DNA from: an uncultured archaeon
GTDB taxonomy: Archaea > Nanobdellota > Nanobdellia > Pacearchaeales > GW2011-AR1
Assembly (NCBI GenBank): GCA_902385625.1
Contig: CABMGE010000027.1
Coordinates: 16,161 to 80,160, forward strand
Direction of reading: 5' to 3'
DNA length: 64,000 bases
Shown here: in pieces, positions 36,739 to 46,380 of the stretch
Layout: every line of letters begins with the position of its first letter
Position numbering within the stretch: the first letter of the stretch is position 1
The notes under the pieces: model-generated
The model's input: the letters and a program-made list of their open reading frames with translations, nothing else
The model's database searches: none
What the model was told of the DNA's origin: nothing
Translations under genes and position numbers: made by a program

Positions 36739-38591
36739 TGTTCCTCCACCTCTCTAATTTCTTCAAGTCTTTCAGAAATAGACTTTTCATGTTTTCTATT
36801 TCTTAAATATCCAATTCCTTTTTTTCCTCCGTAATATATCCCAAATCCAGCTCCAGCATAAATCATAAGCCATGGAAGTAAACCAAGCTGTATTCTTTCT
36901 CGAAGTAATGGAGAAGACTTAAATTGATCTTTAAATTCATCAGAAATTCCATATTCTCTTGCCAAATCTTCCGCATAAGGTCTTCCTGTTGTTGTAAGTA
37001 TTCTTATAATATCATGTTTTGCAGCAAGAGTTGATTCCTGGGTTAGTGCTCTGCTTAAATTCTGGATATTTAAATCTTCAAATAACATAATATCACTTCT
37101 CTGATCATTAATAAGCCCTAAAAGTGAATGCTTTCCATTTCCGCGATGAACCTGGTCAGGAATCATATTTTCTATTGCAGCACAAAGCCTGAATAATTTT
37201 TTCCCCTGGTTAGTATCTTTTGAAGGAGACATAAATGAATAATTTATAGTAAATGTAGTATCTTGATCAAGCCTTGAGTCTCCAGATAACTGCTCGATTT
37301 CCATTCTTTCATCATGAGTTGTTCTGCAAACAACACTCCCGATTAGTTCTTTATTTTTATCTATTTTCCCATCTCCATTTAAATCAAGATAATAAGAATA
37401 TAAAATATCTTGGCCATATCTTAAAACAAAGTCACCAATTGTAATTTTTGCTATATCTCCAAATTTATCTCTGAGTGTATATCCGCCGTTGTTGTATTTA
37501 TCAAAAGGATAAAGAGTATCGTCTCCACTTCCAAAACTAAATTCACTAAGACCAGGATATCTTCCAGGCCATAAATCCCACTGATTATCTATTCTAAGCC
37601 TTTTTTCGTCTCTTGATCCTATCCAATAATGAAGTGCTCTTTTAAAAAAACCAGGATTCTCTCCAAGATAAACAGTGCCACCCTGAGGCAATATTTTCAA
37701 ATATCCATCTTCAAAAGTAGAATAAATTGTTTTCTTACTCATTTTCTCTTCAATAGCACGAATCTCATTAACAAGATCTTCTCTTTCTTTTCCACCAGTT
37801 GCTTCAGAACTGTCTATTTTCCTTATTTTATCTAAAAGTTCTTTTGCAAGTTGATTATTATTCGGATCTTTTCCATAATCTTCAAGTGAGGTTCCAGATC
37901 TAAAAGTTTCTTTTCCAAAAAACCAGCCTAAAGGAATAGTTCTTCTTTCAACAAGTCTGTTTATAACTTCCCGAGTTTTATCAGGATGATCAATTACATC
38001 AATGTCTATTTCAGTAAGTCCCCTTTCAGGAGCAGTTTTATAAACAACATAATTTTGCGGAGATTTTGAATTAGAACCTAAAACAACCTCTGCAAACTGT
38101 TCTCGAAAATTCAAGCTTCCACCAATTCTAAGTCCAGCCTGAAATTTCTCAGGTTTTTGAGTTGATGATGCAATTCTTATTTTTTGGGAATTATCAAGAT
38201 TATAGTAATCGATATCTCCTCTTCTCTCTCTTGTTGCTTCAAATAAATAAGTTCCAACTTTACTTTCAACTCCTCCACCAGCATAAAATTTTGTAACAGA
38301 CTCTCTGTCTGCCCTTGTACCAGTACTTTTATCTTTATTTCCTGCAACATAAGTAACATTAGAAGATCTGTATAAAACATTTCTTTCAGGATAATTTTGT
38401 CTTTTTGTAAGAAAATCTTTTGTTAAATAAAGACTAGCTGCTCCACCAATTAAAGCAACAGCTGCTCCTGCATAAGCTGCCCTTTTCAAATATTTTTTTG
38501 CATTGCTCCATCTACCTTCAGGTCTTTCCTCAAGAGGTTTTTCTCTGTTTGCTTTTATTTTTGCGAGTCTATCGCTAATGCTTTCTTCCAT
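36735..38591 (-). CDS. Two-TM membrane protein with large extracytoplasmic domain and DxNGDG Ca2+-binding-like motif
   Basis: TMs near both ends; DLNGDGKID; AGGAG Shine-Dalgarno. Confidence 0.7.
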   Translation of the reverse strand: MEESISDRLAKIKANREKPLEERPEGRWSNAKKYLKRAAYAGAAVALIGGAASLYLTKDFLTKRQNYPERNVLYRSSNVTYVAGNKDKSTGTRADRESVTKFYAGGGVESKVGTYLFEATRERRGDIDYYNLDNSQKIRIASSTQKPEKFQAGLRIGGSLNFREQFAEVVLGSNSKSPQNYVVYKTAPERGLTEIDIDVIDHPDKTREVINRLVERRTIPLGWFFGKETFRSGTSLEDYGKDPNNNQLAKELLDKIRKIDSSEATGGKEREDLVNEIRAIEEKMSKKTIYSTFEDGYLKILPQGGTVYLGENPGFFKRALHYWIGSRDEKRLRIDNQWDLWPGRYPGLSEFSFGSGDDTLYPFDKYNNGGYTLRDKFGDIAKITIGDFVLRYGQDILYSYYLDLNGDGKIDKNKELIGSVVCRTTHDERMEIEQLSGDSRLDQDTTFTINYSFMSPSKDTNQGKKLFRLCAAIENMIPDQVHRGNGKHSLLGLINDQRSDIMLFEDLNIQNLSRALTQESTLAAKHDIIRILTTTGRPYAEDLAREYGISDEFKDQFKSSPLLRERIQLGLLPWLMIYAGAGFGIYYGGKKGIGYLRNRKHEKSISERLEEIREVEEQ

Positions 38592-38611
38592 TTTGTATTT
38601 TAAGCTCCTTG

Positions 38612-39475
38612 TTAATATTTGTCGTATTTACTTCTAAGATCTGCTCTTTCTTTATCTCGTGCATCTTTCTCAGCTTGTATTCTTGATTGTCTTCTTTTTC
38701 TTAATGCATCAACAGCAGAACTAAAAGTATTTCCAACACTTTCAACAGCATCAGCTATTTTCTCTCCATAGTTATTCACAGGTTTAGCTTCAGAATCAGA
38801 TTTAATATCTGTACCATCAGCGCAAACATTTGCTTCTATAACTTCAGGAGTTATTTCTATTTTAGCAGTAGGGGAATAATTTCTTATGATCTCAAGCAAC
38901 TTTCCATCAGCAGTTAACTCTTTTGCCATTTTATCAAGATCTTTTTCATCTCTTGATCTTGTAATAACATCTTTTGCATAAACTAGTCCTCGTCCAACCT
39001 GAAATCCAGCCCATAAAGATGGTGCCTGATAAAATGTTTCTCCAAATGCAACAACTCCGTCTCCCTTTCCAGTTAAAAGACTTGATGCAACTACACCAAT
39101 ATCTCCTAAAAATTCAAGGCCAAACGCAGCAGTTAATTTTCCTCTCCATGAAAGATTGTTTATTCTTTCATCTTCTTTATATGATTCAACAGTATCTTTA
39201 ACTCTTGCATAAAAAGACTGAGTTTTTGGTTCAGAAGATATTCCGTTTCTTGTAAAATAATCTCTTGCTTTCATAACTGAATCACAGAATCTTTCTTCAG
39301 ATGAATTAGATTCAACTGAATTATTTGCAATATATTCAAGTGCTTCAACTTCTGCAAGTTTATCTTTTACTCTCTGTTCAGTATATCTTGCTGCATTTCT
39401 AGAGAACAATCTATCTCCAATTGTAATAGAAACTCCTGCAAGAAAATGTGCAGACGCTTCATTATACCATGTCAT
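38612..39475 (-). CDS. Hypothetical membrane-associated protein with charged C-terminal coiled coil
   Basis: Gly-rich moderately hydrophobic segments; GGAGG Shine-Dalgarno; 1 bp from upstream stop. Confidence 0.7.
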   Translation of the reverse strand: MTWYNEASAHFLAGVSITIGDRLFSRNAARYTEQRVKDKLAEVEALEYIANNSVESNSSEERFCDSVMKARDYFTRNGISSEPKTQSFYARVKDTVESYKEDERINNLSWRGKLTAAFGLEFLGDIGVVASSLLTGKGDGVVAFGETFYQAPSLWAGFQVGRGLVYAKDVITRSRDEKDLDKMAKELTADGKLLEIIRNYSPTAKIEITPEVIEANVCADGTDIKSDSEAKPVNNYGEKIADAVESVGNTFSSAVDALRKRRQSRIQAEKDARDKERADLRSKYDKY

Positions 39476-39476
39476 T

Positions 39477-40781
39477 TTACTTAATACCTCCTTTCAAGGA
39501 ACTTAAAACTTGAGAGCAAACATATCTTTGTCTGTTAAGTGGAAACCCTGGAAAATCAACTCTGAATTTTCTTGGATTTGATTCATAAACTCTTGTTACA
39601 TCACTGGAATCAAGTTCCGCAAGCATATGATTAACTATTTCAGGCTTTCCAAAAGGCTTTTTTGTGGCAACAGAAAGTTTTAATTTTGTTTCAGGAGTTG
39701 TATGTTTTACTGCATCTTCAATTTCAGTGCTGGTATTATCCATAAGGCCTGCAATGTTTCTAAGTTCTCTCCAGCATTCAGGAAGTTTTCCAGAGTGTTC
39801 AATTACTTTCCTTTTCTTTTCATAAGGAGGAAGACTAACAACATCAATACCTTCTTCTAGTAAAACTTCATTTTCAATTTCAGAAATTCTCTGTTCAATT
39901 AATCCAGAGTCATATTTCAAAAATTTATATCTATGTAATGTTTTAAGCAAATCTTTATCATGAAGGTCAAGGCCAATTACTTCTTCTCCAAGATCCCTGA
40001 CTTCTCCCTGATGGTGAAAAACATAAATAGCATTTAAGTCATCATCATTTTTGAAATTTCTAAGGCTATGGATTCCTCTAAAAAATTCAACATAAAAACA
40101 ATGAACTTCTCTTTTGATTGGAAAAATATCTGAAATATTTCTAAGATCTACATTTCCAACTTTTCCAACAAGACCCCTCATTTGGGAAATATATTCCTCA
40201 TTTAATGCATTATCAGTTCCAAAACTGTTTTTTTCTCCAAGTCTATCAGACATTTCCTTAAGTTGCCCCATTAATTGTCCTGCTCCATCAAGACTATCAA
40301 GGCTTATTTTAACTGTTCGAAGTTGCATTAAATCATAAGGTGATTGAAAAACAGTTATTCCATTATCAAGTTCTCCAAATAAAGCATCTGACTGGGTTAA
40401 ATCTTCAATAGTATGTCTTGCCTGACGATAAACCTCATCATATAATCCCTCTTCATAAGAAGTTTGAGGTGCAATTAATGGAGCATCTTTTTGATCAGGA
40501 GACAAAACAATCATATATCTATTTGCAGATTTTATATTAAGATAATTTTCTCCAAATTCAAGCCTGTCTTGATATTTTCTTTTTAAATGATCACATACTT
40601 CAGGAGAAAGTCCTCTTTTATCAACTCTAAATGAATCAAGTTCACTTTCAAAACCAAAAACTTTTGAAAGAACTGCATTATATCTTTGAGCAAGTTCTCC
40701 ATCTACATGAAAAAGTCCTTGATTAATAAGTCCAAGCTTTTCAAGATCAATATCCCTTTCAGGAATAATTATGTCAGTCAT
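39477..40781 (-). CDS. DUF6638-like protein
   Basis: RYN..L, FRVDKRGLSPEV, NYLN....NRY.I.LSPDQ..APLI resemble the DUF6638 N-terminus as I recall it; ATGA overlap with the ATPase. Confidence 0.65.
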   Translation of the reverse strand: MTDIIIPERDIDLEKLGLINQGLFHVDGELAQRYNAVLSKVFGFESELDSFRVDKRGLSPEVCDHLKRKYQDRLEFGENYLNIKSANRYMIVLSPDQKDAPLIAPQTSYEEGLYDEVYRQARHTIEDLTQSDALFGELDNGITVFQSPYDLMQLRTVKISLDSLDGAGQLMGQLKEMSDRLGEKNSFGTDNALNEEYISQMRGLVGKVGNVDLRNISDIFPIKREVHCFYVEFFRGIHSLRNFKNDDDLNAIYVFHHQGEVRDLGEEVIGLDLHDKDLLKTLHRYKFLKYDSGLIEQRISEIENEVLLEEGIDVVSLPPYEKKRKVIEHSGKLPECWRELRNIAGLMDNTSTEIEDAVKHTTPETKLKLSVATKKPFGKPEIVNHMLAELDSSDVTRVYESNPRKFRVDFPGFPLNRQRYVCSQVLSSLKGGIK

Positions 40782-42628
40782 TGTGAAGTTCCTCCATTAG
40801 TGGATCCAAATCTTTTTACTACCTCTTGTCTGACTTTCAAACTATGCAATTCTTTTGCAACATCACTTTCAAATTTATCAGAAGCATATTTTTGTTGTGT
40901 TTCATATGCTCTTTCAAGTTCTTCTGCAATAATTTCTCCAGTTATTTTTACGCAGAGTCCCTCAAGCATTTTTACTCTGTCAGAATATTCTTTATTAAAG
41001 AAAACATCTGGATTTGTATACCAATCTTCTGGAATTTCATAATCATTAATTCTTTTTTTAACAGCATCTGAAACAGCATCAATGGGCCTTCCTGTAAATC
41101 TTGGATTTTTTTGCTTGAATTCATGACAAAGTTGTCCTAAATCCTGGAGTGTCATTCCACCCTTGAATTTATTCTTTAGCCCTTCAAAAAATCCTGTTTC
41201 TTTTACAACAGTTCCTGTTTCTCCCTTTCTCATCTCATAAGGCTTATAATCTTTTCCAGGACCAACTTGAATTATTCCTTTTTTTATCCAAGATCCAAGT
41301 TTGTCTGAAATTATATCTGAATAATCATACCATTCTTGAGGTCCATCCACTTCATATTGTGCAGTATATCTTTGAAGAAGTGCAGGATCAATAGAAGTTG
41401 GTGCATTTGTAGCAGACCACCATTGTATGCTTCCTTGTTTTCTAAGTGTTACATCAGTTCCAGCAAGTGCCTGCATAAGTACATTTAAAATATCTTTATC
41501 AGCACCACCGCTATTTGAATCTCTGTCTCCTGAAAACATAAGGTCTATATCATCGATTAGTACAATATTAAGTCTATCTGCTCTTCTTGTTTGTTCGACA
41601 ATTGCATTAACTCTTTCTGCAGTTTCTCCATAATACTTGCTTTTAACCTTAGGATCAATTGCTAAAAATTCATAAGTTAAATTTCCTTGATTTTTCTTTT
41701 TCCAAAATTCACTTAACTGTTCACATCTTTGTGCAAGTCTGGTTCTTCCCATTGAAAATAAAGTTGACTTTCCAGTTCCAGGAAGTCCATAATAAAGAAC
41801 ACTCCAAGATAACCCTCCAACTTCTATAATTGGATTTTTCTTGGCAATTAAATCATAAAGAGCAATCCTATCCATATCTCGAAGCATTTCTTTTTTAGCG
41901 AGTACATTTCCTGCAATTTGATGTGGAAGAACAGGAATAAAATCAGGTCCTTTTGATTTTGCTTTTTCTTCATGGCTTGCTTCAAACCCACTTATTGTGT
42001 ATTTATCTGCAATAACAAAATTAGTGTCTTTAACAAGATCAACTAACCTTGAATTAAATATTGGTTTTTTTGAGAGTGCATTGTCCCCAAGTTTTTTAAA
42101 AAAATCATAAGATGCTTTTGGGAAATCAATTCCTTTTTCAAATACTTCTTTTCTTTTTCCCATATTTACAAGTCCATGATACCAGGATAAAACTGAATTC
42201 AAAACTTCGTCTTTTCTCAAATCAAATTTAAAATCCATAGGAGTTGTAAATGGAATTGGCTCTTGTCCTTCAAGCATTAAGCCAAGCCTATTAGTTGTAA
42301 GTGAACTTGCAGCAAACATTGAGTATGCTCCAAGAAATGATCTTTTTTCAGCATCAGTAACTCCGGAATTTATTTCCTTTGCTCGATCTTCAAGAATTGC
42401 ATACATTTCATAATAAAGTGAAAGACCTTCGCGAACAGCTTCCATAGTGTCTACTACTTCTTTTGCCATTAATTTTTCATTACTAGTCCCAATTCCCTTT
42501 AAAAGTTCAGTCAAATCAAGAATATCAGTTCCACCTTTATCGATCATAGACATTTTCTGATCTACTTTTGCTAAGTGTTGTTCAAGACTTTTCTTTGTTA
42601 TTTTAATGGCTGCACCAACTTCTGGCAT
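40778..42628 (-). CDS. AAA+ ATPase (classic AAA clade) with long N-terminal helical domain
   Basis: GLPGTGKS, SKYYGET pore loop, LIDDID, SATN, IDPALLQR; start at MPEVG (42628) behind AGGAGG. Confidence 0.88.
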   Translation of the reverse strand: MPEVGAAIKITKKSLEQHLAKVDQKMSMIDKGGTDILDLTELLKGIGTSNEKLMAKEVVDTMEAVREGLSLYYEMYAILEDRAKEINSGVTDAEKRSFLGAYSMFAASSLTTNRLGLMLEGQEPIPFTTPMDFKFDLRKDEVLNSVLSWYHGLVNMGKRKEVFEKGIDFPKASYDFFKKLGDNALSKKPIFNSRLVDLVKDTNFVIADKYTISGFEASHEEKAKSKGPDFIPVLPHQIAGNVLAKKEMLRDMDRIALYDLIAKKNPIIEVGGLSWSVLYYGLPGTGKSTLFSMGRTRLAQRCEQLSEFWKKKNQGNLTYEFLAIDPKVKSKYYGETAERVNAIVEQTRRADRLNIVLIDDIDLMFSGDRDSNSGGADKDILNVLMQALAGTDVTLRKQGSIQWWSATNAPTSIDPALLQRYTAQYEVDGPQEWYDYSDIISDKLGSWIKKGIIQVGPGKDYKPYEMRKGETGTVVKETGFFEGLKNKFKGGMTLQDLGQLCHEFKQKNPRFTGRPIDAVSDAVKKRINDYEIPEDWYTNPDVFFNKEYSDRVKMLEGLCVKITGEIIAEELERAYETQQKYASDKFESDVAKELHSLKVRQEVVKRFGSTNGGTSQ

Positions 42629-42633
42629 TTTAT

Positions 42634-43722
42634 TTAGACAATGTCTCCTCCTTTTGTAATTCCATAAACTCTGCAAGAATTTCCATATTCATCATTATTT
42701 CCAAGTTCTTGCTTTAGTCTAAACGGAACAATCATTTTTGTTTCAGAGTCTACTGGCCCAAAAACTTCTCTTTCAGTTTTTTTCTTTGAAATTATATTGA
42801 TTAGCCTGTCAAAAAGAGTGTTTCCACCATATTGCCTTACTCTTTCGCTCATAACTCTTTCAATTGTAAATTTTAAAACAGATGGCTCTTCAACTCCGTA
42901 GAGTAATTGATTCATCTCAGGACTATTTTCAGTTAGAGAATTATAAAATGGCCCAATAGTATATTTTTCTAGAAGTTTTGGATGAACTTCCTCTATTTCA
43001 TTGTCGATATGTCTTGCAAATGCACCTATATCAAAAAATCCAAAATGAGTCTGGTAAATTATTGTTTCCAGTTGTTTATTGGATTTTTCTTCAAGAGGCT
43101 CGAATCTTTTGTTTTGAGTTAGATACATTCTGTATAAAACAGGAACTTTTGAAGTCCTTTCAATACAACTCCATTCAAGAGTATACATTCTTCTTCCATT
43201 CTGTTCTTTTGCAAGTTTCGGTTCATTTAAATGAAATTCATTAAGTAAGTTTGTTTTGTCAATCATCGAATAAAAATTAAATCTCTTAAGCAGAGTTTGG
43301 GAATTTACTACAGAATCATTTCTAAGTATTGCATTTCTTATGCTGTTTACTATTCCATCTCTTGAAGGAAGGCAATTTAAAACTTCTCCAGATTCAGATT
43401 TATTTCTCTCAAGCATATATAAGTCTTTTTCAGTGGGAAATCCAGAGTTCCTGCATGCAATTGTAAGTGCAAAGTCAACTCTATCCTGACCCTGTAACTG
43501 ATATTTGAGTTTCAAAGCCTCAATACTATTTTTAACAACTTCAATATAAGGGATAACAAATTCTCCTCCTTCATTTCCCTCAAGAGTAAGAATCTGGGAT
43601 AAATGTCCAAGCCGGGTATTAAGTCTATCAAGATAAAGCGCAGCATCAGAATCATCTATAACTTTTAATTCAGGTTCAGAGGATAACCTGTTCACTAGCT
43701 CAGGAGTTTTTGTTATTTCCAT
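42634..43722 (-). CDS. Hypothetical protein of the AAA/DUF6638 operon
   Basis: 362-aa ORF with SGFP and HPK....IGPFY motifs; tight spacing to neighbours. Confidence 0.7.
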   Translation of the reverse strand: MEITKTPELVNRLSSEPELKVIDDSDAALYLDRLNTRLGHLSQILTLEGNEGGEFVIPYIEVVKNSIEALKLKYQLQGQDRVDFALTIACRNSGFPTEKDLYMLERNKSESGEVLNCLPSRDGIVNSIRNAILRNDSVVNSQTLLKRFNFYSMIDKTNLLNEFHLNEPKLAKEQNGRRMYTLEWSCIERTSKVPVLYRMYLTQNKRFEPLEEKSNKQLETIIYQTHFGFFDIGAFARHIDNEIEEVHPKLLEKYTIGPFYNSLTENSPEMNQLLYGVEEPSVLKFTIERVMSERVRQYGGNTLFDRLINIISKKKTEREVFGPVDSETKMIVPFRLKQELGNNDEYGNSCRVYGITKGGDIV

Positions 43723-43740
43723 CTTAGAATAAGATAATAT

Positions 43741-44874
43741 TTAATTTGCTGAAGGAACTGGCGCAGCAGCTTCAGGCGAATCGTATTTCTTTTCAAGGGC
43801 TGCAATTCTTGTATCATAATCAGCTCTCATTCTTTTCTGAGCTTCTCTATATGCAGCTAGTTTATCGGCTTCAATTAGAGGTCTTTCAGCTCTCTGTGCA
43901 GTTTCATCGAGGATTCCAGCAGCAGAAGCAAGAACAGCCTGAGTTGATTTATCTGTAGCGAATTTCATTCCCTTATCATATTGTGAAGCAGCTTTCATGC
44001 TAAGTGCAGTTTTAATTGCAGTAGGTGTTGCAAGATAAAGTTCAGTAACATGATTTATATTTTCTTCAAGTCTTGTCTTGAATTGTATAAGTGAGTCAAC
44101 TATGTCCTGGTAAGCCTTAAGATGAGTTTTTTGTATTGGTAAAGCTTGCTTTGCAGTGTCAACAATAGCAAAATAATAATTTGTTTTCTTTTGAGCTTCT
44201 GCAAACTGTGAATCAAGTGCAGCTTTCTTTTCAGCAAGTTGAGCATATTCAGTTCCAGTCGCAGCATCCATTTTATCCTGAAGATCTTTAACTTGTCTTT
44301 CAAGTCCTTCTTTTTCAGCAAGTCTTTGTTCATACAAAGGTTGATTTTCTTTAAGCTTTGTAGTTGTAATCTTTACAGTTGCATCTATTCTCTTTGTTTT
44401 TTCTAAATTTTCAACAGTAGCTCCATATAATTTTTGAACCATGAAATTACCATAGTCAAGTATAGTTTGTAATTGAAGGTTTACATCAGCATTATCAATT
44501 CTTTTTCTTACCATTTTATCAGCACTTCTTGTACTGATTTTTGAAACCCATTTTTCAAGTCCTTGATACTGACAAGTACTTCCGAAGAATTGTCCTAAAT
44601 CATTTAATTCTAAGTATAAGCTTTGAGCAAGATCAGTTATCTCGCCCTTGAATTTTTTTCCTCTTTCAATTCCTTGATCTAGTTTTGAGAGTTCCTTAAC
44701 ATCCACAGCTTTGTTTCCTGAAAGCATGTCTTGTAGTGTAGATTCATATTGAGAAAGAGCTTGTCTGTCAGATTCTTCTATTTCAATTTGTTTTTTGTCT
44801 AGTTCTCGGAGCTTCTGTTTTTGTCCAGAGTCAATTTCTAGTTGCTCAAAAATGTCGATTGATTTTTGTGCCAT
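43741..44874 (-). CDS. Long coiled-coil protein, possibly TelA/toxic-anion-resistance-like
   Basis: All-helical heptad pattern, no TM; first gene of the operon; TelA assignment is inference. Confidence 0.55.
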   Translation of the reverse strand: MAQKSIDIFEQLEIDSGQKQKLRELDKKQIEIEESDRQALSQYESTLQDMLSGNKAVDVKELSKLDQGIERGKKFKGEITDLAQSLYLELNDLGQFFGSTCQYQGLEKWVSKISTRSADKMVRKRIDNADVNLQLQTILDYGNFMVQKLYGATVENLEKTKRIDATVKITTTKLKENQPLYEQRLAEKEGLERQVKDLQDKMDAATGTEYAQLAEKKAALDSQFAEAQKKTNYYFAIVDTAKQALPIQKTHLKAYQDIVDSLIQFKTRLEENINHVTELYLATPTAIKTALSMKAASQYDKGMKFATDKSTQAVLASAAGILDETAQRAERPLIEADKLAAYREAQKRMRADYDTRIAALEKKYDSPEAAAPVPSAN

Positions 44875-45047
44875 TGTATTATGTTGTTATGTTTTATATC
44901 CTTTCTATTATATTTATTGAGAATAACTAAAAAAAATCACTTTTTAAAACTTGTGTATAAAATATTACTATCAATCAATAACAAAATAACCTATATTCTA
45001 AATTATATATTTTTAATAATACATATAAAATTATCAAATATTTTAAA

Positions 45048-45311
45048 CTATTTTAAAACTCTATAACCTACAATTTCTTTTCCCTTGTATATCGGAACTT
45101 CCTTTCCAAGTTTTGTCTTATTTGTACTGTTGCTCATTACAAGAATTATTCCAACTCCAACAATAATAACCCCTCCAATAAGAATATATTTTGAAAAAGT
45201 TGAAGGAATACTGGATAAAATAGGAGCTGAGGACATTATTTTAGGAGTAGATATGGCTATTGCACCAAGACCTGCGAGTGATATTAAATATCCAAAAACT
45301 TTTGCATTCAT
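45048..45311 (-). CDS. Small two-TM membrane protein
   Basis: Two hydrophobic segments and C-terminal EVPIYKGKEIVGYR; GAGGG Shine-Dalgarno before ATG 45311. Confidence 0.72.
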   Translation of the reverse strand: MNAKVFGYLISLAGLGAIAISTPKIMSSAPILSSIPSTFSKYILIGGVIIVGVGIILVMSNSTNKTKLGKEVPIYKGKEIVGYRVLK

Positions 45312-45442
45312 TTTTCCCTCTTTATTATAATTAACCTGACGATTAATATATTTAAATATGTTTTGATTTTTATCCTCTCCCCAGAATTTTAAAAACATCC
45401 AAAAAACAATTAGTTTAAAAATAATCTTTCATTGAATTATTT

Positions 45443-46225
45443 ATGGCTGACTATGATATACTTGGAAATATTGCAATAATAAAAGGAGAGGGAAAAACAA
45501 AAGAGGAAAAGTTAAAAGAAGCAGAAGAGCTTATGAAAAGAGCAAGTATAAAAACCGTTCTTGAAAAAGCAACTAATGTTCACGGTCGTCTAAGAACAAT
45601 TAAAACAAAACATCTTCTTGGGAAAAAAACCCTGGTTGCAGAACATAGGGAAAATACAGGTTTATTTAAATTTAATGTGGAAAATTGTTATTTTTCACCA
45701 AGACTCTCAAACGAAAGACAACTAATTTCAGGAAAAATCAAATCCAAGGACAAGGTTCTGGTCATGTTTGCAGGAGTTGGAGTATATCCAATTGTCATAT
45801 ATAAATATTCAAAACCTGCAAAAATAATCGGAGTTGAACTAGGCAAGGAATGTTGCAAATATTTTAAGGAAAATTTAAAGCTTAATAAAATACCCTTGGA
45901 TAAAGTTGAAGTTATTCAGGGAGATGTTAAAAAAAAGATAAATGAAAAATTTATCAAGGAAAATGGTAAGTTCGAGGTAGTTGTCATGGCAAGACCCAAT
46001 CTAAAGGAGACCTTCTTAAAACAAGGACTAATTGCTTCAAAAAAAGGAACACGCCTGTTTTATTACGGATTTTGCAAGGATGATGAAATAAAAAGAATGA
46101 CTGACGAATTAGAAAAAGAAGCAAATAAAAATAAAAGAAAAATAAAAATTGAAAAAATTATTCCAGCTGGAGAAATTGCACCCTATAAACATAGATATAG
46201 AGTTGAAATAAATGTAATTAAATAA
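45443..46225 (+). CDS. Trm5/Met-10+-like SAM-dependent tRNA methyltransferase
   Basis: YDILGNIAI, YFSPRLSNER, VLVMFAGVG, ENLKLNK and GDV motifs. Confidence 0.85.
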   Translation: MADYDILGNIAIIKGEGKTKEEKLKEAEELMKRASIKTVLEKATNVHGRLRTIKTKHLLGKKTLVAEHRENTGLFKFNVENCYFSPRLSNERQLISGKIKSKDKVLVMFAGVGVYPIVIYKYSKPAKIIGVELGKECCKYFKENLKLNKIPLDKVEVIQGDVKKKINEKFIKENGKFEVVVMARPNLKETFLKQGLIASKKGTRLFYYGFCKDDEIKRMTDELEKEANKNKRKIKIEKIIPAGEIAPYKHRYRVEINVIK

Positions 46226-46380
46226 TCCAAGCTTTCGCTTAGATGTAAGAAAGATTTTTGTCTTAAATAAATCAAACTAAAAATTCATTATCTTTGATGA
46301 ATTTGCTACAAGAAATTGTAATTAATAAAGCTTAAAAACAAGGATTAATTAATTCTAGAATACGATTTTAGGAATTAAAA

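Noticed and set aside
42629-42676. Extended N-terminus of the AAA ATPase from the ORF track
   Set aside because: Overlaps the upstream gene and contains the Shine-Dalgarno sequence; ATG at 42628 is the better start
44866-45066. 66-aa plus-strand ORF
   Set aside because: Low-complexity AT-rich region that is better explained as the operon promoter
45361-45395. tttttatcctctcccc resembling half of the palindrome family
   Set aside because: No complementary arm; sits in a divergent promoter region; could be chance
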